Positions 38,728-48,622 of a stretch of DNA of 64,000 bases are shown here, in pieces. Below the pieces are notes generated by a model. It did no database searches and was not told the origin of the DNA. It was given only the letters and a program-made list of their open reading frames with translations. Origin of the DNA: Candidatus Babeliales bacterium (GTDB lineage Bacteria > Babelota > Babeliae > Babelales > JANWKD01). Position 1 is the first letter of the stretch. Each line of letters starts with the position of its first letter. The stretch is from positions 352,001 through 416,000 of the forward strand of contig CAVXJH010000006.1 of NCBI GenBank assembly GCA_963762115.1, read 5' to 3'. The translations under genes and the position numbers were made by a program.

Positions 38728-39930
38728 TTATTCATGTTTTTCAACTTCTTTTTGTTGGCGCATAAACGTTGGCACATCAAGATCATTTAAATCAATGACC
38801 TCATAATTTTTTTCAACATGTTTTTCTTGCGCGGTTTCTACAACCTGTTCAAGGTGTTCAGCAACAGGAATTTTTATCAATTGAACTTCAGGTTGTGGTG
38901 ATTGCTTAACTATTTGTTCAATAGCAGGTTTAAATTTTTGTGACTCTTGAACTATGTTCATTTCATGATTAAAACCAGTTGCAATCACGGTGATAATAAT
39001 GTCATCAGCAAGAGCTTCATCAATGACCGATCCAACAATAATGCTCGCGTTTTCATCTGCTTGTTCAGCAATAACGGAAGCGGCAACGCCGATTTCATGC
39101 AGGCTTAGATTAAGGCCGCCAGAAATATTAATTAATATACCGCGAGCGCCTTTGATGTTCATATTTTCAAGTAATGGGGAAGATATTGCTTGATAAGCTG
39201 CATCTAAAGCACGATCTTTGCCTGTAGCTTTTCCGGTTCCCATAATTGCCAAGCCCATATCTTTCATGATTGTTCTTACATCAGCAAAATCAACGTTGAT
39301 GTGACCTGGCTTGGTGATAATATCAGCAATACCTTTTACTGATTGATGTAAAATCGTATTAATCATGCCAAATGCATCGATCATTGATACATTTTGATCG
39401 ACCGTTTCAAGTAATTTTTGATTGGGGATAATGAGTAGGGTATCAACTTCTTTTTTTAATGCTTCAATTGATTCTTGTGCAATTGCTGCTCTTTTTTTTC
39501 CTTCAAAAGTAAATGGTTTGGTGACAATTGCAATCGAAAGAATATTTTTTTCTTTAAGTGCGCGAGCAATAACAGGAATTGCGCCTGAACCAGTTCCTCC
39601 ACCCATGCCGGCGGTTAAAAAAACGATATCAGCATCTTCAAGAAGATCCATGATTTTACTCAAATCTTCTTCAGCTGCTCTTTTTCCTAATTCAGGATTT
39701 GCTCCAGCACCGAGTCCCTTTGTTGATTTGAGACCAAGTTGAATTTTGTGAGATGCCTTTGAAAGATTCAGTGCTTGTGCATCGGTATTTGCTACAATAA
39801 ATTCAATGCCGTGATATTGTTGTGCGTCAATCATGCTATTAACCGTGTTTCCGCCAGCACCACCAACTCCTAAAACTTTAATGCGTGCAGAAGGAATCTC
39901 ATCATGATGAGTAACTTCAAATTCAAACAT
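38728..39930 (-). CDS. ftsZ: Cell division protein FtsZ
   Basis: GVGGAGGN, GMGGGTGSG, NVDFADV, LDVPTFMR. Confidence 0.98.
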   Translation of the reverse strand: MFEFEVTHHDEIPSARIKVLGVGGAGGNTVNSMIDAQQYHGIEFIVANTDAQALNLSKASHKIQLGLKSTKGLGAGANPELGKRAAEEDLSKIMDLLEDADIVFLTAGMGGGTGSGAIPVIARALKEKNILSIAIVTKPFTFEGKKRAAIAQESIEALKKEVDTLLIIPNQKLLETVDQNVSMIDAFGMINTILHQSVKGIADIITKPGHINVDFADVRTIMKDMGLAIMGTGKATGKDRALDAAYQAISSPLLENMNIKGARGILINISGGLNLSLHEIGVAASVIAEQADENASIIVGSVIDEALADDIIITVIATGFNHEMNIVQESQKFKPAIEQIVKQSPQPEVQLIKIPVAEHLEQVVETAQEKHVEKNYEVIDLNDLDVPTFMRQQKEVEKHE

Positions 39931-39945
39931 GTCCTCTCCTCTTTT

Positions 39946-41184
39946 TTAAAAAAACTCCGATACCCATGATTTCATCCGCCCTATAATGCGTGAAGCAAGG
40001 GGACCGGTGAATCTGTTAATGGAAGTAGTATCCTGTTTTTTTAATGCATGAAGCAAGAGTCCGTAACCAGTTGCATACATTGGATTTTGTAAAAAGGGTG
40101 AAAATGTTGATTGTGTATGGGGAATTCCAATGCGCACGGGCATATTAAAAATGTTTGTTGCGAGTGATTGCATGCCTTTAAGAAGTGCTCCACCGCCGGT
40201 CAGCACAAAGCCACTTGGCATGAAAGAGTAAAGAGAATGTTTTTTGCATTCTTTATCAATGAATCTGAAGAGTTCTTGTGCGCGTGGTTGTAAAATAGCT
40301 AAAAGTTCGCTTTGTAAAATTAATTGTGTTGATTGTTCACTAATGCTTGCCAGTTCTATGCAGGTATCTTCACCTAATAAGTTTGGATCAACAATACCAT
40401 ATTCTTTTTTTATTTCTTCAGCAGCTTTAATTGTTGTTCTCAATCCTATTGCAATATCTTTGGTGAAATGATTGCCAGCAATTGGTAAAACCATGGTATG
40501 CCTAATAGTGCCTTTGTGATAGATTGCCAGATCAGAAGTGCCACCGCCGATATCAAGCATCCCAACACCGAGTAGTTTTTCGTCATCGGTTAATACGGCA
40601 TCGGCAGAAGCAAGTTGCTCTAATACAATATCATTGACGGTGATGCCTGCAGATTCACAACATTTAACTAAATTGTGCACTGAGGCAACTGATCCGGTGA
40701 TGATATGAACATGTGCTTCCAGTCTGACCCCAAACATGCCAAGAGGGTCAACGACTTTTTCATGGGAATCTATAATAAAAAATTGTGGCAACACATGAAG
40801 GATCTGTTGTCCTTCGGGTAAGGCAACGGCGCGAGCTGCCATTGTTGCTTGTATAATATCATAGTTTCTTATTTCACCGCGATTAATTGGTACCATGCCA
40901 CTAGAATTACGTGATTGAATATGTGCACCCGAAATGCCAATGGTGGCTTGTTGAATGGCGCAGCCTGACATTAATTCTGCTTCGCGTAAGGCATTTTTTA
41001 TTGAATGCACTGTTTTTGCTACATCGACAACAACACCTTTTTCTAGACCTTCTGAAGGTGCTTTGCCAATGCCAATTAATTCAAACGAATCATTGCTCAT
41101 TATTTGAGCAACTAAAACACAAATTTTTGTAGTGCCAATATCAAGTGCAACCAATAATTGGTCAGGATGAATAGATTGTTTCAT
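39946..41184 (-). CDS. ftsA: Cell division protein FtsA
   Basis: LDIGTTKI, DIGGGTSD, LTGGGA, C-terminal W..EFF amphipathic tail. Confidence 0.97.
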   Translation of the reverse strand: MKQSIHPDQLLVALDIGTTKICVLVAQIMSNDSFELIGIGKAPSEGLEKGVVVDVAKTVHSIKNALREAELMSGCAIQQATIGISGAHIQSRNSSGMVPINRGEIRNYDIIQATMAARAVALPEGQQILHVLPQFFIIDSHEKVVDPLGMFGVRLEAHVHIITGSVASVHNLVKCCESAGITVNDIVLEQLASADAVLTDDEKLLGVGMLDIGGGTSDLAIYHKGTIRHTMVLPIAGNHFTKDIAIGLRTTIKAAEEIKKEYGIVDPNLLGEDTCIELASISEQSTQLILQSELLAILQPRAQELFRFIDKECKKHSLYSFMPSGFVLTGGGALLKGMQSLATNIFNMPVRIGIPHTQSTFSPFLQNPMYATGYGLLLHALKKQDTTSINRFTGPLASRIIGRMKSWVSEFF

Positions 41185-41957
41185 GCTACCCCCTCGTGCA
41201 TTGTATGCACTATAAATTGATTTTTAAAGCGTATATCAACGCCCCATTTTTTTTGTTCTTTTTGATTTTTTTGTGTGTGCTGCGTGAAAAGTTGATTTTT
41301 TATACTATTGCATTGGCTAAAGCAGGGATGTGAGGGATTTTTTGCCGCGTGTGTAATAATGCAAAAATTGGGTACTGATTTATCGCATAATTGAATGCGC
41401 GTATGATCAATCCAACGAATGGTATAAAGAGCAAATAATTCTGAAGAACAATTTTCAAGCCACCGTTTTAGGTGAAAAGCAAACTTTTTTGAACTAATTT
41501 TTTCTTTTTCTTCAACAAGTATAGTTGGTAATTCTTGGATTACTGTTTGTTGAAAGATGGTTGTTGAAGCTATGGCGCCATTTTCAAGCATAACGTGTTG
41601 ATCATTAATGCGAATAATAGGATTTAGGGTTCTTAGCGAAATATGCACATAGCCGGGGCTGATGTAACGAGCATTCACCGCACCCAAAAAATCAAAATGA
41701 GATTTTAGTGTGGTGAGCGAATGTTCATCAAAAATTGTATGTAACACATTTTCATGGGCATAGGTGTTAATTTCTGTATTGGTTTTTTCGGAACAAAGAG
41801 AATCAAGAGTAATCGTGTAGCGCTGAGTCACAAAAAGATAGTGCCAACAATGCCAAAGCCCACTGGCAATCATGATGGCAAGAAAAAAATAAACAAGAAG
41901 ATGCTTCTTGCTAACAACTATTTTTTGTAAGCAGTTTGCTGCAGCAGACATCTTCAT
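41181..41957 (-). CDS. Divergent FtsQ/DivIB-like protein
   Basis: Single N-terminal TM, VDIRFKNQFIV C-terminal motif, position before ftsA. Confidence 0.65.
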   Translation of the reverse strand: MKMSAAANCLQKIVVSKKHLLVYFFLAIMIASGLWHCWHYLFVTQRYTITLDSLCSEKTNTEINTYAHENVLHTIFDEHSLTTLKSHFDFLGAVNARYISPGYVHISLRTLNPIIRINDQHVMLENGAIASTTIFQQTVIQELPTILVEEKEKISSKKFAFHLKRWLENCSSELFALYTIRWIDHTRIQLCDKSVPNFCIITHAAKNPSHPCFSQCNSIKNQLFTQHTQKNQKEQKKWGVDIRFKNQFIVHTMHEGVA

Positions 41958-42144
41958 ATTCTCCCCCTAGAATCTGTCCCTGAATTGATAATGAGTAAAA
42001 GAATATTCCTAAACAATACTCTTTTCTATAATTATTAACTTTTTGTCATTAGAAAAGTCAACAATTATGAAGTTTTTTTTAATATGATTATAGTTGTTAA
42101 ATTTAATAACATATATTTTTACGAGAGCTGGGATAGAAAGGTAT

Positions 42145-42179
42145 GTCATTGCGAGGCACATTGTGCCGTGGCAACCCAG
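42145..42179 (+). repeat. REP/RPE-like palindrome
   Basis: GTCATTGCGAGGCACATTGTGCCGTGGCAACCCAG. Confidence 0.8.
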
Positions 42180-42336
42180 CTTATGAAATTCTTTTTATTT
42201 TTCCAATTTAAGATCGAATTTTTTTATTTTTAATATCATTCGGCCCTATGCGGGCAGCACAAAGGTATTGTTTGCCCAATACCTTTGATACAAGGGCCCC
42301 AACGTTCCGTTGGATCAAATCTCCCGCGCGTATATG

Positions 42337-43798
42337 CTACTCTTTACCCACATTTTTACTATAATTAACGAGATACAGAATTAATATATCAAAAAAAGAA
42401 AAGTAAAAAATGATTAAAGAATTGTGGGCAGCAAATGAAACTAATCGTATGTCATTAAAAGATAAACGCAGAAATGAAAGAGTTAGAATACTTCTAGAGG
42501 CAGTTGCCGATAGCCCATCAGCAAGCATTTTACAAGCTTGCAACGGAGAAAATGCACAAGCAAAAGGTGCTTACCGTTTTCTTGCCACAACAGAAATTGA
42601 TGAACAAGATATTCTCGAAGGACATTATCAAGCAACCGTCGAAAGAGCTGAAAATGCTGATGGAAAAGTCATTATCGTTAGCGATGGCATGGATGCATCT
42701 TTTAAGAATCTTAAAAAAACTGAGGGACTAGGAACTCTCTCTAATTCAAAAACTTCACTTGGAATAAAGGTTCAAAATACCTATGTATTTAGTGAAAATT
42801 TTATTCCATTAGGTTTAATAAATCAAAAATATTGGGTACGTAATAAAGAAGATTATGGCAAAAAAAAACATAGGCTAAGGCTGCCTACAATAGAAAAAGA
42901 ATCTTATAATTGGGTTGAATCAATTTATCAAATAGAAAAAAAGCTTTCCTTAAATAAAAGCTATCTATTTATAGGTGATGGTGGTGCAGATATTTATGAT
43001 TTACTGATAGCAGAAAGGCGTGTAAATAGCGATTTACTCATTCATCTTGTGCAGAACAGAAATATACAGAATGAGAAGGAGCGTCTTTTTGAATTACTGG
43101 AAAAACAATCAGTACTAGGCGTTATAACGAAAGAATTAGAACGTACAAAAACTCATTCTAAGAGAACTGCAAAATTAGCAATTAGAGTCAAAGAAGTTGA
43201 AATTTGTCCTCCTCTTAATCGAAAAGACAAAAAATTATCAACCATAAATTTAACAGCAATTTATGTACAAGAAATAGAAAATGACAAAACAATAAATGAT
43301 CCAATAGTATGGCGACTTATTACTACGATTAAAATTCAATCATTGGAAGAAGCTGAAAAGCTTATTGCTCTTTACTCAAAACGTTGGCTCATTGAACGTT
43401 ATCACTATATTTTAAAAGAAGGTTGTCGAATAGAAAAATTTCAAATGGAATCGGTTGATAATCTAAAAAGAACCTTAGCTGTTTACTCAATTGCTGCTTG
43501 GCGTTTAATTTATATCACTTATCTTGCAAGAATTAAACCTGATGCCCCATGTAATTTAATTCTTACAATCGATGAAGCTGATGCGTTATATTGCACACAT
43601 CATAAAACTCTTACATTGCCCCCCAAATCTTTTTCTGTTAAAGAAGCAACTCAAATGATAGCAAAATTAGGAGGTTTTCTTGGCAGAAAAAATGATAAGG
43701 ATCCTGGTGCAAAAGTTTTGTGGCAGGGACTATTTCGGCTAGAAGCCATCACACAAGCTTATCTTTTATTTAAAGAACTAAATGTGGGTAAAGGGTAG
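42337..43798 (+). mobile_element. IS4-family (IS50/Tn5-like) insertion sequence
   Basis: 19-bp terminal inverted repeats CTACTCTTTACCCACATTT / AAATGTGGGTAAAGGGTAG (1 mismatch); 10-bp target duplication CGCGTATATG at 42327-42336 and 43799-43808. Confidence 0.95.
42410..43798 (+). CDS. IS4-family DDE transposase
   Basis: AYRFL, EKESYNW, YSKRWLIERYHYILK (YREK motif), IAKLGGFLGRKND..PG..VLWQG. Confidence 0.95.
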   Translation: MIKELWAANETNRMSLKDKRRNERVRILLEAVADSPSASILQACNGENAQAKGAYRFLATTEIDEQDILEGHYQATVERAENADGKVIIVSDGMDASFKNLKKTEGLGTLSNSKTSLGIKVQNTYVFSENFIPLGLINQKYWVRNKEDYGKKKHRLRLPTIEKESYNWVESIYQIEKKLSLNKSYLFIGDGGADIYDLLIAERRVNSDLLIHLVQNRNIQNEKERLFELLEKQSVLGVITKELERTKTHSKRTAKLAIRVKEVEICPPLNRKDKKLSTINLTAIYVQEIENDKTINDPIVWRLITTIKIQSLEEAEKLIALYSKRWLIERYHYILKEGCRIEKFQMESVDNLKRTLAVYSIAAWRLIYITYLARIKPDAPCNLILTIDEADALYCTHHKTLTLPPKSFSVKEATQMIAKLGGFLGRKNDKDPGAKVLWQGLFRLEAITQAYLLFKELNVGKG

Positions 43799-43948
43799 CG
43801 CGTATATGCACCACACATCATGATGCTGCGCATCATTCTTTCGGGTGCACAACGCACTACCGGACTAACTTATTTATAAATTTTTTATTGTGTGACTTCT
43901 CTAAATAACGTGAACTTGATGTTCAAAATGAGCAAAATAATCACCGCT

Positions 43949-43978
43949 GTCATTGCGAGCGCATGCGTGGCAACCCAG
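43949..43978 (+). repeat. REP/RPE-like palindrome
   Basis: GTCATTGCGAGCGCATGCGTGGCAACCCAG, followed by the same TATAAAATTCTTTTTATT tail as the copy at 24562. Confidence 0.8.
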
Positions 43979-43997
43979 CTTATAAAATTCTTTTTAT

Positions 43998-44792
43998 TTA
44001 AATCTTCGAATCAGTTTCTTTAAAGTTCTGATTATTAGTAATCGAGTTGCAAATTGTTGTACTATTTCTTTCATCTTGATAAATAGTATCTAATTTCTTT
44101 TGTGCCAAAAGATAATTTTTTGCAGCCGCAAGTGAATAATAATGTTTTGCTTTTTCTATATCGCCTATATTTTGATAATACTCCCAAAGAGCAAATAAAG
44201 CTGAAGTTTCACCTTGATTAGCAGCAAGTGAATAATTACGTATTGCTTCTTCTATATTTCCCTCTTTGAAATTAAGCACCCCTAAATTATATTGTCCAAT
44301 AGGATAACCTTGATTAGCAGCAAGGGAATAATAATGCTTCGCTTTTTCTGTATCCCCTTTTTGAGAATACAGTATTCCTTGGTTAACTTGACACCATGGA
44401 TCATTTGGGTCGAGTGTAAAATAATCAGCATCATCATTGTCAAAAAGAGGTTCTACTGATCTCCAAATTAGCCATGCAGTAAGTGCAGTAAATACCACCC
44501 CAAAATTACGCTTATTAATTAAATTAACTTGATTTGATGCCGTAGTTACGATAGTTGAAGTAATCGGATTTTGGCTCAATGATTTATTTCTTTGATTCGT
44601 CGCAAAAATTTCTTTTTTTGTTAAGTACTCGTTTGAGTGTATTGAAGATAGTGGTAAAGTATGGCGAAGCAATGCTGGTCGAAAGTTGCTTTTAAGGGAG
44701 GATTTAGTGACATCTTTTGATTTATGCATAGCATCTAACTGCTCAGAAATCAAAAAAATTACAGTAAGTAAAAAAAACAACCTTCTTTTCAT
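43998..44792 (-). CDS. Secreted Sel1-repeat protein
   Basis: LDA|MH signal; three repeats of the form Q.NLG....GD.EKA..YYSLAANQG. Confidence 0.88.
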   Translation of the reverse strand: MKRRLFFLLTVIFLISEQLDAMHKSKDVTKSSLKSNFRPALLRHTLPLSSIHSNEYLTKKEIFATNQRNKSLSQNPITSTIVTTASNQVNLINKRNFGVVFTALTAWLIWRSVEPLFDNDDADYFTLDPNDPWCQVNQGILYSQKGDTEKAKHYYSLAANQGYPIGQYNLGVLNFKEGNIEEAIRNYSLAANQGETSALFALWEYYQNIGDIEKAKHYYSLAAAKNYLLAQKKLDTIYQDERNSTTICNSITNNQNFKETDSKI

Positions 44793-44922
44793 TTAAACTC
44801 CTGAAGAATTAATTTGACATAATATTGTTTGTAAATATTTTTTAATATAAAGCGCGTTCAGATTATAATCATATACGGCTAATTTGCAAGATATTAGTCT
44901 GAATCTAAGATTGAATCTATTA

Positions 44923-45087
44923 ATAAATAAGTTAGTCCGGTAGTGCGTTGTGCACCCGAAAGAATGATGCGCAGCATCATGATGTGTGGTGCATATACGC
45001 GCGGGAAAATGATCCAACGGAACGTTGGTGCCCTTGTATCAAATGTATTGGGCACGCAATACATTTGTGCTTGGCCCGCATAGGGCC
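44923..45087 (+). repeat. 165-bp GC-rich structured element, intact copy 2 (candidate ncRNA or MITE-like repeat)
   Basis: Five nested or adjacent stems; G.U pairs favour the + strand; compensatory change relative to copy 1. Confidence 0.8.
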
Positions 45088-45147
45088 TATTTTTTATAAA
45101 TATTTATTTGCAAATCAACTTGATGTTAATCCTGCAGCAGTAGCTTT

Positions 45148-45879
45148 CTATGCTTGTGATTGGCTGATAATAAACAACAAAATCCCAGCAGCAACAGAAG
45201 CATTATAGGAAATATCAGGTGAGCGTTGAGGTAAGGTAATGAGTGTGCCTGTGTTATGAATTTCACGAGAAATTCCTAAAGCCTCACTGCCAATAACCAA
45301 ACACAACGGTTTTTGATACTGAACCTGTGTAGCATTTTTGCCGTTATCAACAACTGATAAATATATTGAATACCCAGCTTTTTTTAATTCTTGAGCAGCC
45401 ATGGAAGCTGAAGGGGCCATATAAATTTCCACATGTTCAGCAAGCCCTGCAGAGGATTTGATGGCACTTGCATTGAGCGGTGCACCATGTTTGGTGATCA
45501 TAATAACGCCATCAACACCGGTGCAATACCCTGAACGCAAAATTGCCCCTAAATTCCTGACATCTTGGATGCCATCAAGCATAAGAAGGAATTTTTCTCG
45601 TGTTGGATCAAAGAACTTTTTGCGGATGACAAAAGGTGAGGCATAGGCAACGATGCCTTGATGATCGGTGGTGTTTGCCAATTTATGCAAAACTTCACGA
45701 TCAACATATTGAATCTGTATGCCTTTTGGGAGGAGTTTTTCTATCTCCTGAAAGCCTTTTGGTGTTGGTCTTGTAGTGTATAAGATGACCAAACGACGTC
45801 TTTTTGCCTTGAGGAGCTCTAAAATGGGGTGAATGCCAAAAATAAGTTCATTATCTTTGTATTGTATTTGTTTTTTCAT
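45148..45879 (-). CDS. rlmB: 23S rRNA Gm2251 methyltransferase (TrmH/SpoU family)
   Basis: FGIHPI, HQGIVA, LDGIQDVRNLGAILRS, IGSEALG, SYNASVAAGI. Confidence 0.9.
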   Translation of the reverse strand: MKKQIQYKDNELIFGIHPILELLKAKRRRLVILYTTRPTPKGFQEIEKLLPKGIQIQYVDREVLHKLANTTDHQGIVAYASPFVIRKKFFDPTREKFLLMLDGIQDVRNLGAILRSGYCTGVDGVIMITKHGAPLNASAIKSSAGLAEHVEIYMAPSASMAAQELKKAGYSIYLSVVDNGKNATQVQYQKPLCLVIGSEALGISREIHNTGTLITLPQRSPDISYNASVAAGILLFIISQSQA

Positions 45880-46071
45880 AGGTATAAGTATATAAAATAC
45901 TGATCAAATAAGCAAAACATAGTAAATTTTCTTTATAGAGGTTTTTTATGGGTATTTGTCGAATTTTTATAAAAATGCAAGGTATGTCCCATTGAAAATG
46001 ATGTGCTATTTTGTTACCATTATCTAGTAAGAAAAAATATAATAATTATTCCTTTTGCAAAGGAGGATTTT

Positions 46072-46680
46072 ATGCAAAAACAAATTCACTTTTCAACAAA
46101 AGTTTTAATGCTTATCGCTTCTTTGATGGGCACACAAATGGTGCGTTCAGATTTTGGTCTTGATGGTGCGTTGCAAGAGATGACGCGTTCTGTTGAAAAA
46201 ATTCAAAAGAAGTTCACCAAAATAAACAACTCAATGCATACAAGCATGAATAATTTTATGCAAGGAGCTTTTTCAGCGCAAGTTGGCACGCTTACTATTG
46301 CAACGCAAGATGCTCATGTTGTTATTACGGTTGCTATGAACGATCTTGATAAAGATTCAATTAAGGCAGTAGTTCATAATAATGTCTTAACCATTAATGC
46401 GCGCAATAAGCAAACTGAAATGGAACTTGTTGTTGATGCTCATTCGGCAAAATTGAATATGCAGCAAAAAGTTGAAGTGGCATCAGAAGAAGTGGATAAG
46501 AATGGCGATAAGAAATCTTCACGTGTTTCTTTTAGTTCACAACAAAATAGGCAATCGTTACCTGTTGAAGTTGGCCTTAGTGATGTTGCTGTTGAATATG
46601 AAAATGGTGTTTTAACCGTTAAGCTTTCTCGTGTTGAGCCGGTTGTTTCGCCAAAAGTTATTCAAGTAATTAAGAAATAA
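46072..46680 (+). CDS. Hsp20/alpha-crystallin family protein with signal peptide
   Basis: LDKDSIK...NVLTI, SLP..V...V.VEYENGVLTVKL; AAGGAGG RBS. Confidence 0.75.
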   Translation: MQKQIHFSTKVLMLIASLMGTQMVRSDFGLDGALQEMTRSVEKIQKKFTKINNSMHTSMNNFMQGAFSAQVGTLTIATQDAHVVITVAMNDLDKDSIKAVVHNNVLTINARNKQTEMELVVDAHSAKLNMQQKVEVASEEVDKNGDKKSSRVSFSSQQNRQSLPVEVGLSDVAVEYENGVLTVKLSRVEPVVSPKVIQVIKK

Positions 46681-46710
46681 TCAAAAAAATAATGTGTAGG
46701 GACTGCATTA

Positions 46711-47376
46711 ATGTATATTCTTGAAGGCAATATTGGTGCAGGTAAATCAACCTTTTTAAAATTGCTTGCACAAAATATTTCAGCTATTTCCGTTGGATTT
46801 GAACCGTTGCATAATTGGCAAAGTAAGGTGCATGGGCAATCTTTATTGAGCAATTTCTATGAAAAGCCACAGCGATGGGCTTATAGCCTTGAGACCTTTG
46901 CTATGATTTGCCGTGTTTATGAACATCTCAAAGATCAAGAATATGAACATGATATTATTATTGAACGTTCAATTTATTCGGGCCATTATGTTTTTGCGGT
47001 TAATGGGTATGAACAAGGTTTTATGAGTGATATTGAATGGCATATGTATAATCAATGGTTTAATGCACTCGTCTCAACACATTGCAAAAAACCTCAAGGG
47101 TTCATCTATTTGCGCGTTGATCCTGCTATTGCCTATAAACGAATTAAGAAACGGAATCGTTTAGCGGAAAAAAAAATTACCTTGGCGTATCTTAAACAAA
47201 TTCATGCATGCCATGAAAAGTTTTTACGAGAAAAAGTTGGTATTTTGTCTGAACTTACTTCTGTCCCTGTTTTGATACTCGATTGTAACGAAGATTTTGA
47301 GAATGATGAACGTGTTTTACAATCACATCTTGATCTTGTCAAAGATTTTGTTATAAAAAGTAATCTTATAGTTTAG
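46711..47376 (+). CDS. Deoxynucleoside kinase
   Basis: EGNIGAGKST, EPL..W, IERSIYS, IYLRVDP, RIKKRNR..E. Confidence 0.92.
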   Translation: MYILEGNIGAGKSTFLKLLAQNISAISVGFEPLHNWQSKVHGQSLLSNFYEKPQRWAYSLETFAMICRVYEHLKDQEYEHDIIIERSIYSGHYVFAVNGYEQGFMSDIEWHMYNQWFNALVSTHCKKPQGFIYLRVDPAIAYKRIKKRNRLAEKKITLAYLKQIHACHEKFLREKVGILSELTSVPVLILDCNEDFENDERVLQSHLDLVKDFVIKSNLIV

Positions 47377-47869
47377 CATTCCCATTTATTTTAGCTTTTT
47401 TATTTCTTTTTTGGGCATTAATGGTGATGGCAATAGTTATTCCGTCAACAGGCATTTTTTTTGTATAGGCAAAAAGTGGCTTTTTTTGCATAAGTTCTGG
47501 GTATGTTTCGGTGAGAATGTTTTGTACTATTCTTTGTTTTTTTGGATTATTAACCAGTATTCGGCAACGGGTGATATCACCACAAGTCATGCCATTATTT
47601 TTGAGTTCTTGCAAAGCTGATTTTACCACTTCATGCGTTTGTGTTTCAGTGGTTTTATGTTTTTCTTCTACGACAAATACTGGTGTTTTAATAAATTCTA
47701 TCTTTTTACCGTATTCTGTTGTGGTTTCAGTCATAAGATTTGCAAATCTTTTCTCTAAGGAAATTAATATTTTTTCGGCCAAATCATATATAGGTCCTGA
47801 ATCCATCCCAAATAGTGCAGTAGGCATTATTGCGACTAAAAGAAAAAATGATAGGTGAAATTTATTCAT
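47366..47869 (-). CDS. Secreted protein, possible RidA/YjgF-like fold
   Basis: LFG|MD signal; ETQT..V.....L...G....DI.R..I.V ... P....I.I...A spacing resembles Rid proteins. Confidence 0.5.
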   Translation of the reverse strand: MNKFHLSFFLLVAIMPTALFGMDSGPIYDLAEKILISLEKRFANLMTETTTEYGKKIEFIKTPVFVVEEKHKTTETQTHEVVKSALQELKNNGMTCGDITRCRILVNNPKKQRIVQNILTETYPELMQKKPLFAYTKKMPVDGITIAITINAQKRNKKAKINGNAKL

Positions 47870-48045
47870 AATCTAGCCTTATTGGTTTAAATAATTAATT
47901 TAATTTGTAATTAATTGTTGATAATAAGTATGCCAGGTTTAAAAAAAATGTAAAACGGGGTTTTTCCAAGCAGTTTTTGCAATTTTTTTTTTGATCGTAG
48001 TATGATGATGAAAAATATTTTTTTAAAATTTTCATCTAAAAGGAG

Positions 48046-48564
48046 TTGCGTATGTGGTTCATTCTTTTGTGTCTAGCGGGACTTTTTATGAATGCTCAGG
48101 CAATGGAAAATGAAGAAGGAAAAAAGTTTGGAAATGCTCCGGTTAAAACATATTTGCAAGAATGTGGTAAAAAAGATTTAAAAAAAGATGGGTTATGTCG
48201 TTATGTTTCAAGTAAGGGGGTCACCATTTCTGCACGGAAACAGGGGGCTACCATAAAATTGACAACTAAAATCCACAAGGCAACTGATACTGCAAGTGAA
48301 CCTGAATTTGGTAATGCTAAAGCCGATAATGATGCATTAGGTTATTCACTTGTTGGTTTACGGGCTTTAATGCATGCATATCGCAATAATGATAATCCTG
48401 ATAGAAAAACAGAGTGCACAACAAGGCATTCTTTGTATGTTGAAAAATATTCTGGGCGGACGCAAAGCTATTCTGATCGAGAATGTGTCACCTATATTTC
48501 TGCTAAAAAAGTATATAAGTTAAATGGTGTTAAAAAGAAAAAAGATTATGGAATTGGTGAGTAG
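48046..48564 (+). CDS. Hypothetical secreted protein
   Basis: AQA|ME signal; basic C-terminus KKKK. Confidence 0.7.
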   Translation: MRMWFILLCLAGLFMNAQAMENEEGKKFGNAPVKTYLQECGKKDLKKDGLCRYVSSKGVTISARKQGATIKLTTKIHKATDTASEPEFGNAKADNDALGYSLVGLRALMHAYRNNDNPDRKTECTTRHSLYVEKYSGRTQSYSDRECVTYISAKKVYKLNGVKKKKDYGIGE

Positions 48565-48622
48565 ATGTTGTCTTAATTCAGGTAATCATTCAAGAGAAGA
48601 TTGATCTTATATTTTTTAAAAA

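Larger units (their letters stand above)
42242..43877 (-). repeat. 165-bp structured element, copy 1, interrupted by an IS (pieces 42242-42336 and 43809-43877)
   Basis: Removing the IS and one target duplication gives the reverse complement of 44923-45087 with few differences. Confidence 0.88.

Noticed and set aside
44923..45087. 165-bp element as group II intron fragment, HDV/hammerhead ribozyme or attC site
   Set aside because: GTGCG, CGAAA and GTTAG-like words occur, but I could not build domain V, the HDV double pseudoknot, a CTGATGA core or paired attC boxes; no integrase in the window.
44793..45208. ORFs 44793..45017 (-) and 44948..45208 (+)
   Set aside because: They lie over the GC-rich 165-bp repeat, where stop codons are rare.
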